DNA of 64,000 bases, taken from contig NC_090397.1 in the NCBI RefSeq assembly GCF_036365525.1, positions 44,718,893-44,782,892 on the forward strand. Direction: 5' to 3'. This DNA is from Heterodontus francisci (Eukaryota). Below the pieces are notes generated by a model. That model was not told where the DNA came from and did not search any database. It was given only the letters and a program-made list of their open reading frames with translations. Below, piece after piece: positions 38,330-49,864 of this stretch (positions are counted from its first letter, which is position 1; each line of letters begins with the position of its first letter). Both the position numbers and the translations under genes were made by a program.

Positions 38330-39560
38330 AGTTTTCTACAGTAGCCAAGAGATGTACGATGAAGCTTAGGTAAATGAGGGGCAATAGAGAGAGGGATCTG
38401 GACAAGGAGTGTGGGGTGGGGGATGAAGATATGGCAAGCCACGAACAGGGGATTGGGAGATTTGGATTTGGGGTTCAGGGACTGGGAGATGTAGAGGTTC
38501 TGGCAACAAGTTTGGAAATAAAGGGCATTATGTTGTCATTCAGATAAATTTGAGGTCAGTTCAAATAGTTATGAGAGCCTGGGGAGTGAGAAAGTCCCAG
38601 TGGCGGAGTGAAAGAGGTGGCGTCATGACAGGGGATTAGGTAGGGCTTGGTGGTGTGTTAGTTGCATGCAAATTAAAGAAGATTTAGATTGAAACAAAGA
38701 AAGGGGGATTGTAATGTGTCAGTGGAGAGTTATTTAAAGAGCAAGGATTATAAAGAAAGCAGCAATTTTGCTGCTGGCAAGGTATAGGAATCAGAATAGT
38801 AGTCATACTGTGAGTACAGATATTGTACAGGTAGGAGTTCCAGTTAAAGTTGGTTTTAAATTTTGAAGATGAATGGATGACGATGAACAGGCTACTAGGG
38901 ATGAATGAAATTCACCCTTTAGAAGTCAGATCCGGTGACAAGAAGAAGAATAAACATATTAACTAAAAACAGAGAATGAGATGTTGGCTCCAGTCATCTC
39001 CATCATTATTCATTATTATTAATGATGGCAAAGATGAAAGTATGGGAGGGTGGGGAGAGGCAGAGGTATGGAAAATGTGGGCCAGGCATCCTGGAGTGTC
39101 AGTGGTGTTCAGGGGCCTGACGGGGCAGCCTAGGAGTCTGACACTTGATGGTGGAGCATTGTTTGAGATTTTAGAGTAACAGAGAGGGTCTTACAATGTA
39201 GGAGTATTGAAATCAAAGTCTCTGGTTCTGGCATCTAGGAGAAGGGTTCATAGGATATGGAAGTAGGAAGGCTGGTTCTGAGGCGAGTGGCTATTGGGGA
39301 AGCAGGTTGAATGGTTCAAGATATGGGTGAGCGATCCAGGTAAATTGTGGGCAGCATTTGGCAGTAATGGGTGAGGCCAGGATATGGGGCAGAAGCATTT
39401 GGCAGGATTGAGGGCAGGATTTGTCAGTATTTAAAGGGCAAACATCGAATAGCGAAGTAAAAGCATGGCACATTACAGCAAAGATGGGAGCTAAATAATA
39501 TTGATCCTGGCCTTTGTGAATCTTAAGGTAGCTTCCCTTTGATTGCTGGTTTTCAGACCC
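38330..39560 (-). mobile_element. Highly decayed L2-like LINE internal region
   Basis: Purine-rich plus strand typical of antisense L2 in this window. Motif-level support is weak. Confidence 0.4.
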
Positions 39561-40505
39561 TTTCATACCGACCCTCTCCTGATCTGAGAAGCACTTTCCA
39601 CAGCAAGTTTGGAACTTGGGACTGGCATTAGGATGGTTGTTGCACTTTTACTGTATTTTCTGACTTCACAATTATTGCTCAAGGCAAATTGGAGGATAAA
39701 TTATTTTATAACAGGGTGTTGTATTACATCAAGCACAATGTAATGGAAGGGTCACTGACAAACCGACCAAATAGATGAAATTGCATCTTATTATGTAACA
39801 TTCTGGGGTTTTAGGTGGCATTTTGGGTACTGACTATTGCAATTTTGAATAGTTTTCTTGAAAATCATTCCCAAGATTATTAGACATTCATTTAGTTATG
39901 ACCTAGAAATTCCACTCAGCCATTGTGCCAGTGAAATGCAGAGGGCAATCCATGTGTGCACTCCTGACACTGGCCTACCATCCGGCCAGGGTTAGTCAAC
40001 TTGAATAATGAGGAGCAGACCTGCTGGAGCACCACTGGGGTCTGCTGTTGTGTGCTGGTAGGGGACAGTCATCTATCATATAGCTTCAGGATTTAAAGTC
40101 CAATGGCAATTTAAAGGTGGCAAGCAGATTCAGGTCAAGAGCATTAATGGCAGAAAAGACACAATATAGGCTATTCTCTGTAAATTTTAATGACAAGGAC
40201 CATAGAGGTGCTCCTGAAGCAGTTGAGGAGAGGAAGAGATGCCTTGTTGGGGCTTGGAATTCGGGAAAAGACATCATTAGACAACCTCAGCTTCCCAGAA
40301 AGCAGCCATGTCACCATTGTCTCCTCACTAATTAGCAAAAGTGTGGTTCAGGGTTCTGATTAGTTATTCTGCTTCCCAAGCCTACTGCCCATTTGCCTCT
40401 TCCTACATAATGCCCTTCTTGCATAACCACACCTACTGGTTTCCCCTAGAAACAAAAATCTATGAATTGAGTGTTTGCAAGCAGCCTCAGTCAATACCTA
40501 TGTAA

Positions 40506-40936
40506 CAGCTGTGGCTCAGTTGGTGGCAATCTCACCTCTGAGTCAGAAGATTCTGGGTTCTGGATTCTGACACAAAAATCAAGGCTGACACTGCACTGCA
40601 GTATTGAGACAGTGCTTTGCTGTTGGAGGTGTTGTCTTTTGGATGAGATGCTAAACTAAGGACCTGCCTGCCCTCTCTTAAGTTCCCATGGCCCTATTTC
40701 GAAGAGGAGCAAGGGAGTTATCCCCAGGGTTCTGCCAATATTCATCCCTCAAATCAACATCACAAAAACTGATTATCTGGTCATTATCATGTTGCTGTTT
40801 GTGGGAGCTTTCTGTGCTTAAATTGGCTGCAACATTTCTACATTACAACACTGACTACACTTCAAAAGCACTTCATTTACTGTAAAGTGCTTTGAGACGT
40901 CCAGTGCTTGTGAAACGTACTATATAAATGCAAGTT
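40506..40936 (+). mobile_element. tRNA-derived SINE with L2-type tail (SacSINE1/DeuSINE-like)
   Basis: A box TGGCTCAGTTGG, central conserved domain (...GTGGGAGCTTTCTGTGCTTAAATTGGCTGC...) and tail GTAAAGTGCTTTGAGACGTCC...TATATAAATGCAAGT shared with L2 ends. Confidence 0.75.
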
Positions 40937-41297
40937 GTTTTTATTATTTATTTTTGTGTCTCACTCACAATCATTACAGGAGATGACGGCCCATAATATG
41001 AGGGAGCAAATGGCCACGGGGGTGAACTAGCTAACATCAGGATTCTGACCTACCCCTACGATGTTCCCCGCCTCCCCCACAACACACACACACACAATTT
41101 CTGAGGGCAGTAGCTGAAGGCATTAGCGGATGGAATAATGGAAGTGCAGGTGTCAGCTGAGGTTTATCATCATATTCTCCTAGTCTTCCATTTGTTGCTG
41201 CAGTTATCCTTCCCAATTCACACCCTGCACCCTCCCCTCACAATCCCTGGGATCCCTGCTACAAGACTTGAATTCATGCTTCTCCTGAAATTGAGTA

Positions 41298-41835
41298 GAT
41301 TGTGTACAGTTCTGGGCACCACACTATAGGAAGGATGTGATTGCACTGGAGAGGGTGCAGAGGAGATTCACCAGGATGTTGCCTGGGCTGCAGCGTTTCA
41401 GCTATGAAGAGAGACTGAAAAGGCTAGGGTCGTTTTCCTTAGAGCAGAGAAAGCTGAGGGGGGACATGATTGAGGTATACAAAATTATGAGGGGCATTGA
41501 TAGATTAGATAGGAAGAAACTTTTTCCCTTAGTGGAGGGGTCAATAACCAGGGGACATAGATTTAAGGTAAGGGGCAGGAGGTTTAGAGGGGATTTGAGG
41601 AAAGATTATTTCACCCAGAGGGTGTTTGGAATCTGGAACACACTACCTGAAGAGGTGGTAGAGGCAGGAACCATCACAACATTTAAGAAGTATTTAGATG
41701 AGCACTTGAAATGCCTTAGCATACAAGGCTACGGGCCAAGTGCTGGAAAATGGGATTAGAATAGGTAGGTGCTTGATGGCCGGCACAGACACGATGGGCC
41801 AAAGGGCCTGTTTCTGTGCTGTATAACTCTATGAC
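41298..41835 (+). mobile_element. CR1 LINE 3' fragment (same subfamily as CR1-B)
   Basis: ALERVQRRFTRMLPGL...GYGPSAGKWD is nearly identical to 14430-14970. Confidence 0.9.
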
Positions 41836-42164
41836 TCAGTCAGCCATTCTGTAGCTGGAGATAAAGCAGTTCTCAGCAGTGTAATTTCCTGCTGCCCACC
41901 CCCCCACCCCACCCCCACTACTTAACTCCCAAGGTTCTAAAACAATAGCGGTGTCAAAAGCAGCTTCTAACCCCAACCACTAACCCTAATCCTATCTGCA
42001 ACCCTTAATGCCAACCACTAACCCACACCTCTAGTCCTAACATCTGCTGACCCAATCCTATACAATCAATCCCTCAAAACATCTTTGGTTATAACCTCAA
42101 TACAACTTTCTAGTTTGTTTCTTATCGTAAATTATCCTGAGCATCTTATATTATATTATCTTCA

Positions 42165-44385
42165 AATACCCTAATATCAACTGGGATACAAACAGTGTGA
42201 AGGGCACAGAAGGCACAAAATTCTTGAACTGCATTCAAGAGAACTTTTTTAGCCAGCATGTAACAAGCCCAACGAGAGGGGGCGCAATTCTAGTTCTAGT
42301 CTTTGGTAATGAAGCTGGGCAAGTCCAGTGGGAGGCATTCAAAAGCGAGATTCTACAGACACAGTGTAGGTATGTCCCCACAAAGATAAAGGGTGGTACA
42401 GCCAAATCTTGAGTTCCCTGGTTATCTAGAGGCTTATGTGGTATGTTGAAGCAGAAAACTTAATACTTCAGAAAGCCTACAGGAGTATAGAAAGTGCAGG
42501 GGTGAAGTAAAAAAGGAAATTAGAAAAGCAAAGAGAGGACATGAAAAAATATTGGCAGGTATAACAAAGAAAAACCCAAAGATGTTTTATCAGTACATTA
42601 AGAGCAAGAGGATAATTAAGGAAAAGGTAGGGCCTATCAGAGATGTACAAGGGAACTTACACGTAGATGCAGATGATGTGGCCGGGGTTCTTAATGAGTT
42701 TTTTACCTCTGTCTTCACAAAGGAGAGGGATGATGCAGACATTGTAGTAAAAGAGGAGGAGTGTGAAATATTAGATATGATTAGCATAATGAGAGAGGAA
42801 GTACTGAAGGGTCTGACATCATTGAAAGTGGATAAATCACCTACTTAAAGGAAGCCAGGGAGGAAATAGTGGATGCACTGAGGATCATCTTCAAATCCTC
42901 ACTGGATACTGGCAAGGTGCCAGAGGATTGGAGGTCTGCGAACGTTGTACCATTGTTTAAAAAGGGTGCGAGGGATAGGCCAAATAATTATAGGCCGATC
43001 AGTCTGACCTTGGTGGTGGGCAAATTATCAGAATCAATTCTGAGGGACAGGATAAACTGCCAATTAGAAAGGCACAGACTGATCAGGGATAGTCAGCATG
43101 GATTTGTTAAGGGAAGTTCATGTCTTATTAACTTAATTGAATTCTTTGAGGAAGTAACAAAGAGGATTGATGAGGGTAGTGCAGTGAATGTGGTCTACAT
43201 GGATTTTAGTAAGGCAATTGACAAGGTCCCGCATGGCAGACTGGTCAGTAAGGTGAAAGTGCATGGGATACTGGGGAATGTGGCAGATTGGATCCAAAAT
43301 TGGCTCAGTGACAGGAAGCAAAGGGTAGTAGTCAACGGATGTTTTTGTGAATGGAAAGCTGTTTCCAGTAGTGTTCCACAGGGCTCAGTGTTGGGTTGCT
43401 TGCTGTTTGTGGTATATATTAATGATTTGGACTTAAATGTGGGAGGCATGATTGGGAAATTTGTTGATGACACAAAAATTGGTTGTGTAGTTGATAGTGA
43501 AGAGGATGGCTGTAGACTCCAGGATGGTATCAATGGTTTGGTTGAGTGGGCAGAAAACTGGCAAATGGAATTCAATCCGGAGAAGTGTGAGGTAATGCAC
43601 TTGGGGAGGTACATAAAGCGTGGGAATACACAATAAACGGGATGATATTGAGAGCGGTAGAAGAAGTGAGAGACCTTGGAGTGCATGTCCACAGGGTCCC
43701 TAAATGTGGCAGGACAGGTAGACAAAGTGGTGAAGAAAGCATATGGAATGCTTTCCTCTATTGCCCAAGGTATAGAATACAAAAGCAGGGATGTAATGCT
43801 GGAACTGTATAAAATGCTGGTTCGGCCACAGTTGGAGTATTGCATACAGTTCTGGTTGCCACATTACAGGAAGGACACAGTTGCTCTGGAGAGAGTGCAG
43901 AGGAGATTTACAAAAATGTTGCCAGGGCTTGAAAGTTGCAGCTATGAGGAAAGATTGGATAGACTAGGGTTCTTTTCCTTAGAACAGAGGAGGCTGAGGG
44001 GGTCACTTAATTGAGGTGTACAAAATTATGAGGGGCCTAGACAGAGTGGACAGGAAGGACCTGTTTCCCCTAGCAGAGAGGTCAATTACCAGGGGGAACA
44101 GATCTAAGGTGATTGGTAGAAGGATTAGAGGGGACATGAGGAGAAACTTTTTCACCCAAAGGATGGTGGGTGTCTGGAATTCACTGCCAGGAATGGTGGT
44201 GGAGGCAGAAACCCTCAATTCTTTTAAAAGGTACCTGGACATGCACCTGAAGTGCTGTAACCTGCAAGGCTATGGACCAGGTGCTGGAAGGTGGGATTAG
44301 ATTGAGGGGCTAGTTTTTTCAGAAGGCACGGACACAACAGGCTGAATGGCCTCCTTCTGTGCTGTAACTTTTCTACGGTTCTATC
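42165..44385 (+). mobile_element. CR1 LINE ORF2 with internal deletions
   Basis: EN remnant (FLNCIQENF), RT (YMDFSKAIDKVPH, VPQGSVLG, FVDDTK), C-terminus GYGPGAGRWD and a CR1 tail. Confidence 0.9.
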
Positions 44386-44516
44386 TTATATAAATTGACA
44401 TGTTCAGACATTTGATAGTATACAGACCCTAGAGATAGATAGGGTCATTGAGTAAAAGTAAATAGTCGAGATATATAGTTTTCACTTATTCTACTCGCAG
44501 TGAATGGGACTATCAA

Positions 44517-45665
44517 CACAACTTGCATTTAGATAGCACCTTTAGCATAGTGAAACATCCTGAGGCGCTTCATAGGCAATCAGACAAAAATAAATTGAAG
44601 CAAAATACTGTAGATGCTGGAAATCTGAAATAAAAACAAGAAATGCTGGAAATACTTAGCAGGTCTGGCAGTGTGCGAATAAGAAATACTGAAATGTTGT
44701 TTCTACAGCTTGTGGAAAATTACCGAGAAGTCATTTCTACACAACATAATGAAATCACTGAAAAAGAGAACTGATAAGGGTATGTAAGTAAAGACCTTGA
44801 GACAGTACAGCAGTTAAAAATTGTGCTTAGGCAGAGAAAAGAGAAACAGCAAGAGTTAGAACAAAGGATGTAGTGAATAAGAAACTGCCCCACTAAGATA
44901 AAGGCTGACAGCTACAAGTTAAAACACACAATGGAGAGCCAAATAAGGTAAAACAAAAACAAGAGTTAGGGGCTAGAAAGTTAGAGTAGGGGGAGAAGTA
45001 AACAGAGGAGGAGACTGTAGCAACCATAGGATAGGTTAGTGTCATAATATGTTATAACCAATAATGTAAACTAAAGGCGTGGACAAATGGATTTGTATTG
45101 TATAAACATGAACTGAATATGTTGATCGGTGTGCCTGCTTGTAGGACACCCGATCTTGCAAGAACGTTAAATAAACTTACTTCTTCAGAGTTTGACTTGG
45201 TGTAAATTATTATTAAGTGGGCTATGTTTCTCACAGCAGTATCTGTGGACAGAGAAGCAGAGTTAACATTTCAGATCAGTGCACCGTCATCTGAAAATAA
45301 ATTGGCACTGAGCCAAAGAAGGAGACATTAAGGCAGTGACCAAATGCTTGATCAATGAAGTAGGTTTTAAGCTGAGCCTAAAGAGAAGTGAAGAGGTTTA
45401 GGGACGAATTCAGGAGCTTGAAGTCCAGACGGCTGCGGATGATGGGGCGAAGGGGACGCACAAGAGGCTGGAATTGGAGCAGGGCAAAGATCCACGAGGG
45501 TTGTGGTGCTGGAGGGAGTTACAGAGATAGGGAGGGGGCTGGGCGATTGAACACAAAGATGAGAATTTTAAAACTCGAGGTGTTGCTGGACCAGGAGCCA
45601 GTGTAGGCCAATGAGCACAGGGGTGGACGGGACTTGCTGCCAGTTAGGACACAGGCAGCAGAGTT
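44517..45665 (-). mobile_element. L2 3' fragment hosting a Penelope-associated-like short repeat (44597-45290), itself hosting a solo LTR
   Basis: L2 tail ACTTGCATTTAGATAGCACCTTTAGC at 44520 continues at ~45300. The inserted repeat reads AGCAAAATACTGTAGATGCTGGAAATCTGAAATAAAAACAAGAAATGCTGGAAATAC...ATCTGTGGACAGAGAAGCAGAGTTAAC. The Penelope link is from recall. Confidence 0.6.
44672..45235 (+). mobile_element. Solo LTR (564 bp)
   Basis: TG...CA termini with inverted ends TGTGCGAA / TTCTCACA, AATAAA near the 3' end, and a 4-bp TSD GCAG (44668-44671 and 45236-45239). Confidence 0.85.
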
Positions 45666-45696
45666 TTGCTGGCACATTCAACATGCAAACAGTGCA

Positions 45697-45858
45697 CGGA
45701 ACTCCCTTCCTAACAGCACTGTGGGTGTACCTACCCCTAATGGACTACAGTGGTTCAAGAAGACAGCTCACCGCCACCTTCTCAAGGGCAATTAGGGATG
45801 GGCAATAAATGCTGGCCTGGCCAGCGACGCCCACATCACATGAACGAATAAAAAAAAA
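45697..45858 (+). mobile_element. 3' end fragment of the tRNA-headed LINE
   Basis: Matches 33970-34105 (CCTAACAGCACTGTGGGTGTACCTACC...GGGCAATTAGGGATGGGCAATAAATGCTGG) and ends in poly(A). Confidence 0.85.
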
Positions 45859-45914
45859 GTGCCCTCGACATTTAGAGCCCCAGTCCTTCAAATGTACCTC
45901 AGCAGCCGCGTTAC

Positions 45915-45990
45915 CTCAGGGTGAGGATGTCAGTCAGTATCCCCCCTGTCCGGTGTCCAGACTCCACAATCTCTCCCAGTTTGCAACCAA
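45915..45990 (-). other. CCDC146: Probable non-coding exon 1 of CCDC146 (5' boundary approximate)
   Basis: Minus-strand donor GAG|GTAACG lies just downstream of an X-box and CCAAT boxes. The ATG exon has an acceptor only 5 nt before the ATG, so an upstream exon is required. Confidence 0.6.
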
Positions 45991-45995
45991 GTGCC

Positions 45996-46009
45996 ATCAC
46001 CATGGCAAC
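45996..46009 (-). promoter_or_regulatory. RFX X-box
   Basis: GTTGCCATGGTGAT versus the palindromic consensus GTTGCCATGGCAAC, located at the inferred CCDC146 start. RFX control is typical of ciliary genes. Confidence 0.7.
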
Positions 46010-46456
46010 CGCCCTCTTCATTCCTGCCCACCCATTGGTTAATAAGACGTGACTTTTGACCAATAGCAAGCCACGAGAATAAACGAACTGCCGGAGACAT
46101 GGCCAACAATAACTATTCCAATCGTGATTGTACTAACCACCCTTATGTGTACTGTAAATACGAATTAATTTTACATGAATACATATGTCATATATAGATC
46201 TATGTTGCTGTAGCATTAAATCCCTCCCCAACTATCCTTTATGCTGTTAAAACAGAAAATGCTGAGGTGGATCAGCACATTGAAAAAATAAGTTTATTGA
46301 CTCCACGCCAGGTCGTCATCAAAATTACTTTTTTTCAAAAATCAAGTATAATTTCTTCCTTGAATTATGTGGACGATTAGTTATCCAGCAGTGTATTGCA
46401 GCCAGTCTCGCCTGCATTATTCGGTGTGATGGTTGGCCAGCCACTGGTGCGTACAC

Positions 46457-46476
46457 TGCATTGTGGGAATTGTAGT
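46457..46476 (-). promoter_or_regulatory. ZNF143/THAP11-type motif in the CCDC146-FAM185A divergent promoter
   Basis: Minus strand ACTACAATTCCCACAATGCA matches the ACTACAATTCCCA-NN-ATGC element. It lies in a CpG-rich stretch 135 bp upstream of the FAM185A ATG. Confidence 0.75.
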
Positions 46477-46611
46477 CTGCAAGCGGCCGGCCGCGGTTAA
46501 AGCGCGTGTGCGCAGACTCCAACCCCCAGCGTAAACAACAACAGTGGGAGAGGGTGAGAGGGGCTTAGGCCGTAAGTTAGCAGGCATTACTCGTCTGTTC
46601 TCGGGTGCATT

Positions 46612-47011
46612 ATGACTTCCTTGGCTGTGTTTTGCCGCAGGGGTTGTCGAGGAGCTTTACTGAGGGAGAGTGCTCAGTGCTTTCCCCCTTTGGTGTCCCG
46701 GAGGTTGGTGTCCGGGACTTGCCGCTTGGCCTCCCGGCACAAGGGCAGCGCCTTGAAACGCTGGACTTTGCTGGTGGATCCTTTCGGCTCTTTAAAGGTT
46801 CGCCTGCCCTGCGATGTGACAGTTAAACCGCTAGACCCACATGGCTATCCGGCGGCTGACCGCGCTTTCGTGGAACTCGTTTCCTCCAACCAAGGAGAAA
46901 ATGTGGACGATGTTCTGGTCAAATATGACAAGGCTCTGAAGCAGATGGTAGTGAGTTCAGAAAATGTTAGTGGTGATGCTCGCATTGATCTGGTAACTCC
47001 GGTAAAGTTTG
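46612..47011 (+). CDS. FAM185A: Protein FAM185A, coding exon 1
   Basis: LKRWTLLVDPFGSLKVRLPCDVTVKPLDPHGYPAADRAFV...VKYDKALKQM...TPVKF matches recalled human LKEWTLQVSPFGRLRARLPCHLAVRPLDPLTYPDGDRVLV...VKYDEDLEEM...APLKF. Phase-1 donor TTTG|GTGAGT. Confidence 0.92.
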
Positions 47012-47257
47012 GTGAGTAATTATCTGCATTTTGCGAAATTGAACTGCAGCTGATTTTATTAAAGCTCTTTCGTAGTTATAATCCAAGAGTGATTATTATA
47101 ATACAGGAAAAAGTGCAGTACTCTGATTATTACTGCTCTCTTGTTTTCTTCCGTGAATCTTCTAATTCTTTCCATGTATTTTTTTTAAAGTTAGTTTTTT
47201 TTTGGAAAATTACCACAAATTTTAGAATCAATAAAAAGAGTCAGTGGAAATAAATGA

Positions 47258-48650
47258 AACTATTTATTTATATAGCGCTTTTCACATCCTCAGTATATCC
47301 CAAGGAGATTCCCAGTAAATTAAGTAGTTTTGAAGAGTAAGCACTGTTGTTATGGAAGATATGTCAGCCATTTTTGCACACAGCGAGGTTCTAGAAAGAA
47401 CAGTGAGCTAAATTACTGTTTTAGTGGAAGGATAGTGGCCAGGACACTGAGCACTTCACTGTTCTTTGAATAGAAATATAGAAAATAAGAGCAGGAATAG
47501 GCTATTTGGTCCTTCGAGCCTGTTCCGCCATTCATTATGATCACAGCTGATCATCCAACTCAGTAGCCTGTTCCCGCTTTCGCCTCATACACTTTGATCC
47601 CTTTAGACCCAAGAGCTATATCTAACTCCTTTTTGAAAACATACAATATTTTGGCCTCAACTGCTTTCTGTGGTAACGAATTCCATTGGCTCACCACTCT
47701 CCAGGTGAAGAAATTTCTTCTCATCTCCGTCCTGAATGGTTTACCCCGTATCCTTAGAATATGACCCCTGGTTCTGGACTCCCCCACCATCGGGAACATC
47801 ATTCCTGCATTTACCCTGTCAAGTCCTGTTAGAATTTTATAGGTTTCTATGAGATCCCTCCTCACTCTTCTGAACTCCAGCAAATATAATCCTACCTGAC
47901 TCAATCTCTCCTCATACGTCAGCCCGCCATCCCAGGAATCGGTCTGGTAAACCTTCACTGTACTCCCTCTATAGCAAGAACATCCTTCCTCAGATAAGGA
48001 GACCAAAACTGCACACAATATTCCAGGTGTGGCCTCACAAAGGTCCTGTATAATTGCAGCAAGACATCCCTGCTCCTATACTTGAATCCTCTCGAAATGA
48101 TGGCCAACATACCATTTGCCTTTTTTACCGCCTGTTGCGCCTGCGTGCTTACCTTCAGCGACTGGAGTACGAGAACACCCAGGTCTCACTGCGTATTCCC
48201 CTTTCTCAGTTTATAGCTGTTCAGATAATAATCTGCCTTCCTGGTTTTGCTACCAAAGTGGATAACCTCACATTTATCCACATTATACTGCATCTGCCAT
48301 ACCCATTCACTCAACTTGTCCAAATCACCCTGAAGCCTCTCTGCATCCTCCTCACAACTCACCCTCCCACCCGGTTTTGCGTCATCTGCAAATTTGGAGA
48401 TATTACATTTAGTTCCCTCATCTAACTCATTAATGTATATTGTGAATAGCTGGGGTCCTAGCACCGATAAATGCGGTACCCACTAGTCACTGTCTGTCAT
48501 TCGGAAAAAGAACAATAGGATGGGATCTTTTATATCTACCTGAACAGACAGATGGGGGCCTCAATTTAATGTCTGTTCTGAAAGAAAGCACACCTGACAA
48601 TGCAACACTCCCTAATTAATGCACTGAGTTGTCAGCCTAGATTATGTGAT
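47258..48650 (-). mobile_element. Deu-like SINE split by a CR1 insertion (SINE pieces 47258-47473 and 48515-48650)
   Basis: Antisense tail TTTATATAGCGCTTTTCACATCCTCAG and central domain ...CTGTTCTTTGAATAG|ATGGGATCTTTTATATCTACCTGAACAGACAGATGGGGGCCTCAATTTAATGTC. Confidence 0.6.
47474..48512 (-). mobile_element. CR1 LINE RT/3' fragment
   Basis: Antisense LGPQLFTIYINELDEG...KFADDAK and TRGHILRIRGKPFRTEMRRNFF, plus a CR1 tail. Confidence 0.9.
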
Positions 48651-49673
48651 GAAGTAAGTCATTCAGCAGATGACAGATAAATTAACATTTTCATAGAATG
48701 GTTACAGCACAGAAGGAGACCATTCAGCCCATCATGTCTTTGCCAGTTTCTGCAAGAACAACTCACCTAGTCCCACTTCCCTGCCTTTTCCCTGTAGCTT
48801 TGCAAATTTTTTCTCTTCAGATAACTATCCAGTTCTCGTTTGAAGGCCTCGATTGAATCTGCCTCCACCATACTCTCAGGCAGTGCATTCCAGATCCTAA
48901 CCACTCAGCAATTTTTTAAAGAAAAGGTTTTTCCTTGTGTCACTGTTGTTTCTCTTGTCAGTTTCATATAGACCTTGCGTTAGAACCACCTCACTGATGC
49001 TGACAGACCTCCTAAGTGTTTCCAGCATTTTTTTTTTGTTTTTAGATTTCCAACATCTTTAGTTTTTTTTTTGCTTTTTCTTGGGCTCAAACTGCTGGGG
49101 TGGGTCTTGAACCCATGACCTGACATATCTAATCCATCTTTATGAGGAGGAGGAAAAATCTTGCCAATTTTATTTGTTACTTGTTTGTTTATGTCCTCTA
49201 GTTAGGAGTTCATGGTTCAAGTTGAATAGTATACTAACATGCATGATTTTTAGGGGCAGGTAAAAAAAAAATTGGTAGTTCTCATGCAACTTTTAATGTT
49301 GCCCATGGAATTTGAGATTTGGTTGTTTTACCTCTGTTGGCCAAGGTGTACTTGGCAGAACCATAATGTTGACAATAACGTAAATGGTACATTGCCTTTC
49401 AAAGGGATGGGCCAAATTATCATCTTTCCTCGTTCCTTACCTTCCTAAGCGATTCTGGGCTTCTGTGACAGGTTTCTCTATTAGCATTGTAGGGAACCTT
49501 ATTAAACTAAACATTACTTATCCTGCCCTATGGAAAATATTTTCTCTTTTTAAATAAAATGAACTATAATTTTATAATGTAACATGCATTTAGAATATGT
49601 AAATGCCTGGTTTGGTATGTTGTGACTTGATTGATAAAAATAATCAACTAAATTTTCATGTTTCTGTTTGCAG

Positions 49674-49783
49674 ACCTGAACATTAGAACCTTTCATAAAG
49701 GATGTGTTAAGATAAAAAAAATGGAGTGTGATAACTGCTTTGTAGAAACTGAGAGAGGGCACAGTATCCTGAACTCATTAAAG
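49674..49783 (+). CDS. FAM185A: Protein FAM185A, coding exon 2 (110 nt)
   Basis: tttctgtttgcAG|AC CTG AAC...TTA AAG|GTAC = (D)LNIRTFHKGCVKIKKMECDNCFVETERGHSILNSLK, versus recalled human GLDIKSSGSGCVKVQSIEGDNCKIETEHGTSILQSVK. Phase matches exon 1. Confidence 0.92.
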
Positions 49784-49864
49784 GTACAAACAATTTTCCT
49801 CAAAGACTGTTTGAGAGTTCTTCATTTGAATGTTTTAATTTTGATGCAAGTAATTCACAACAAC

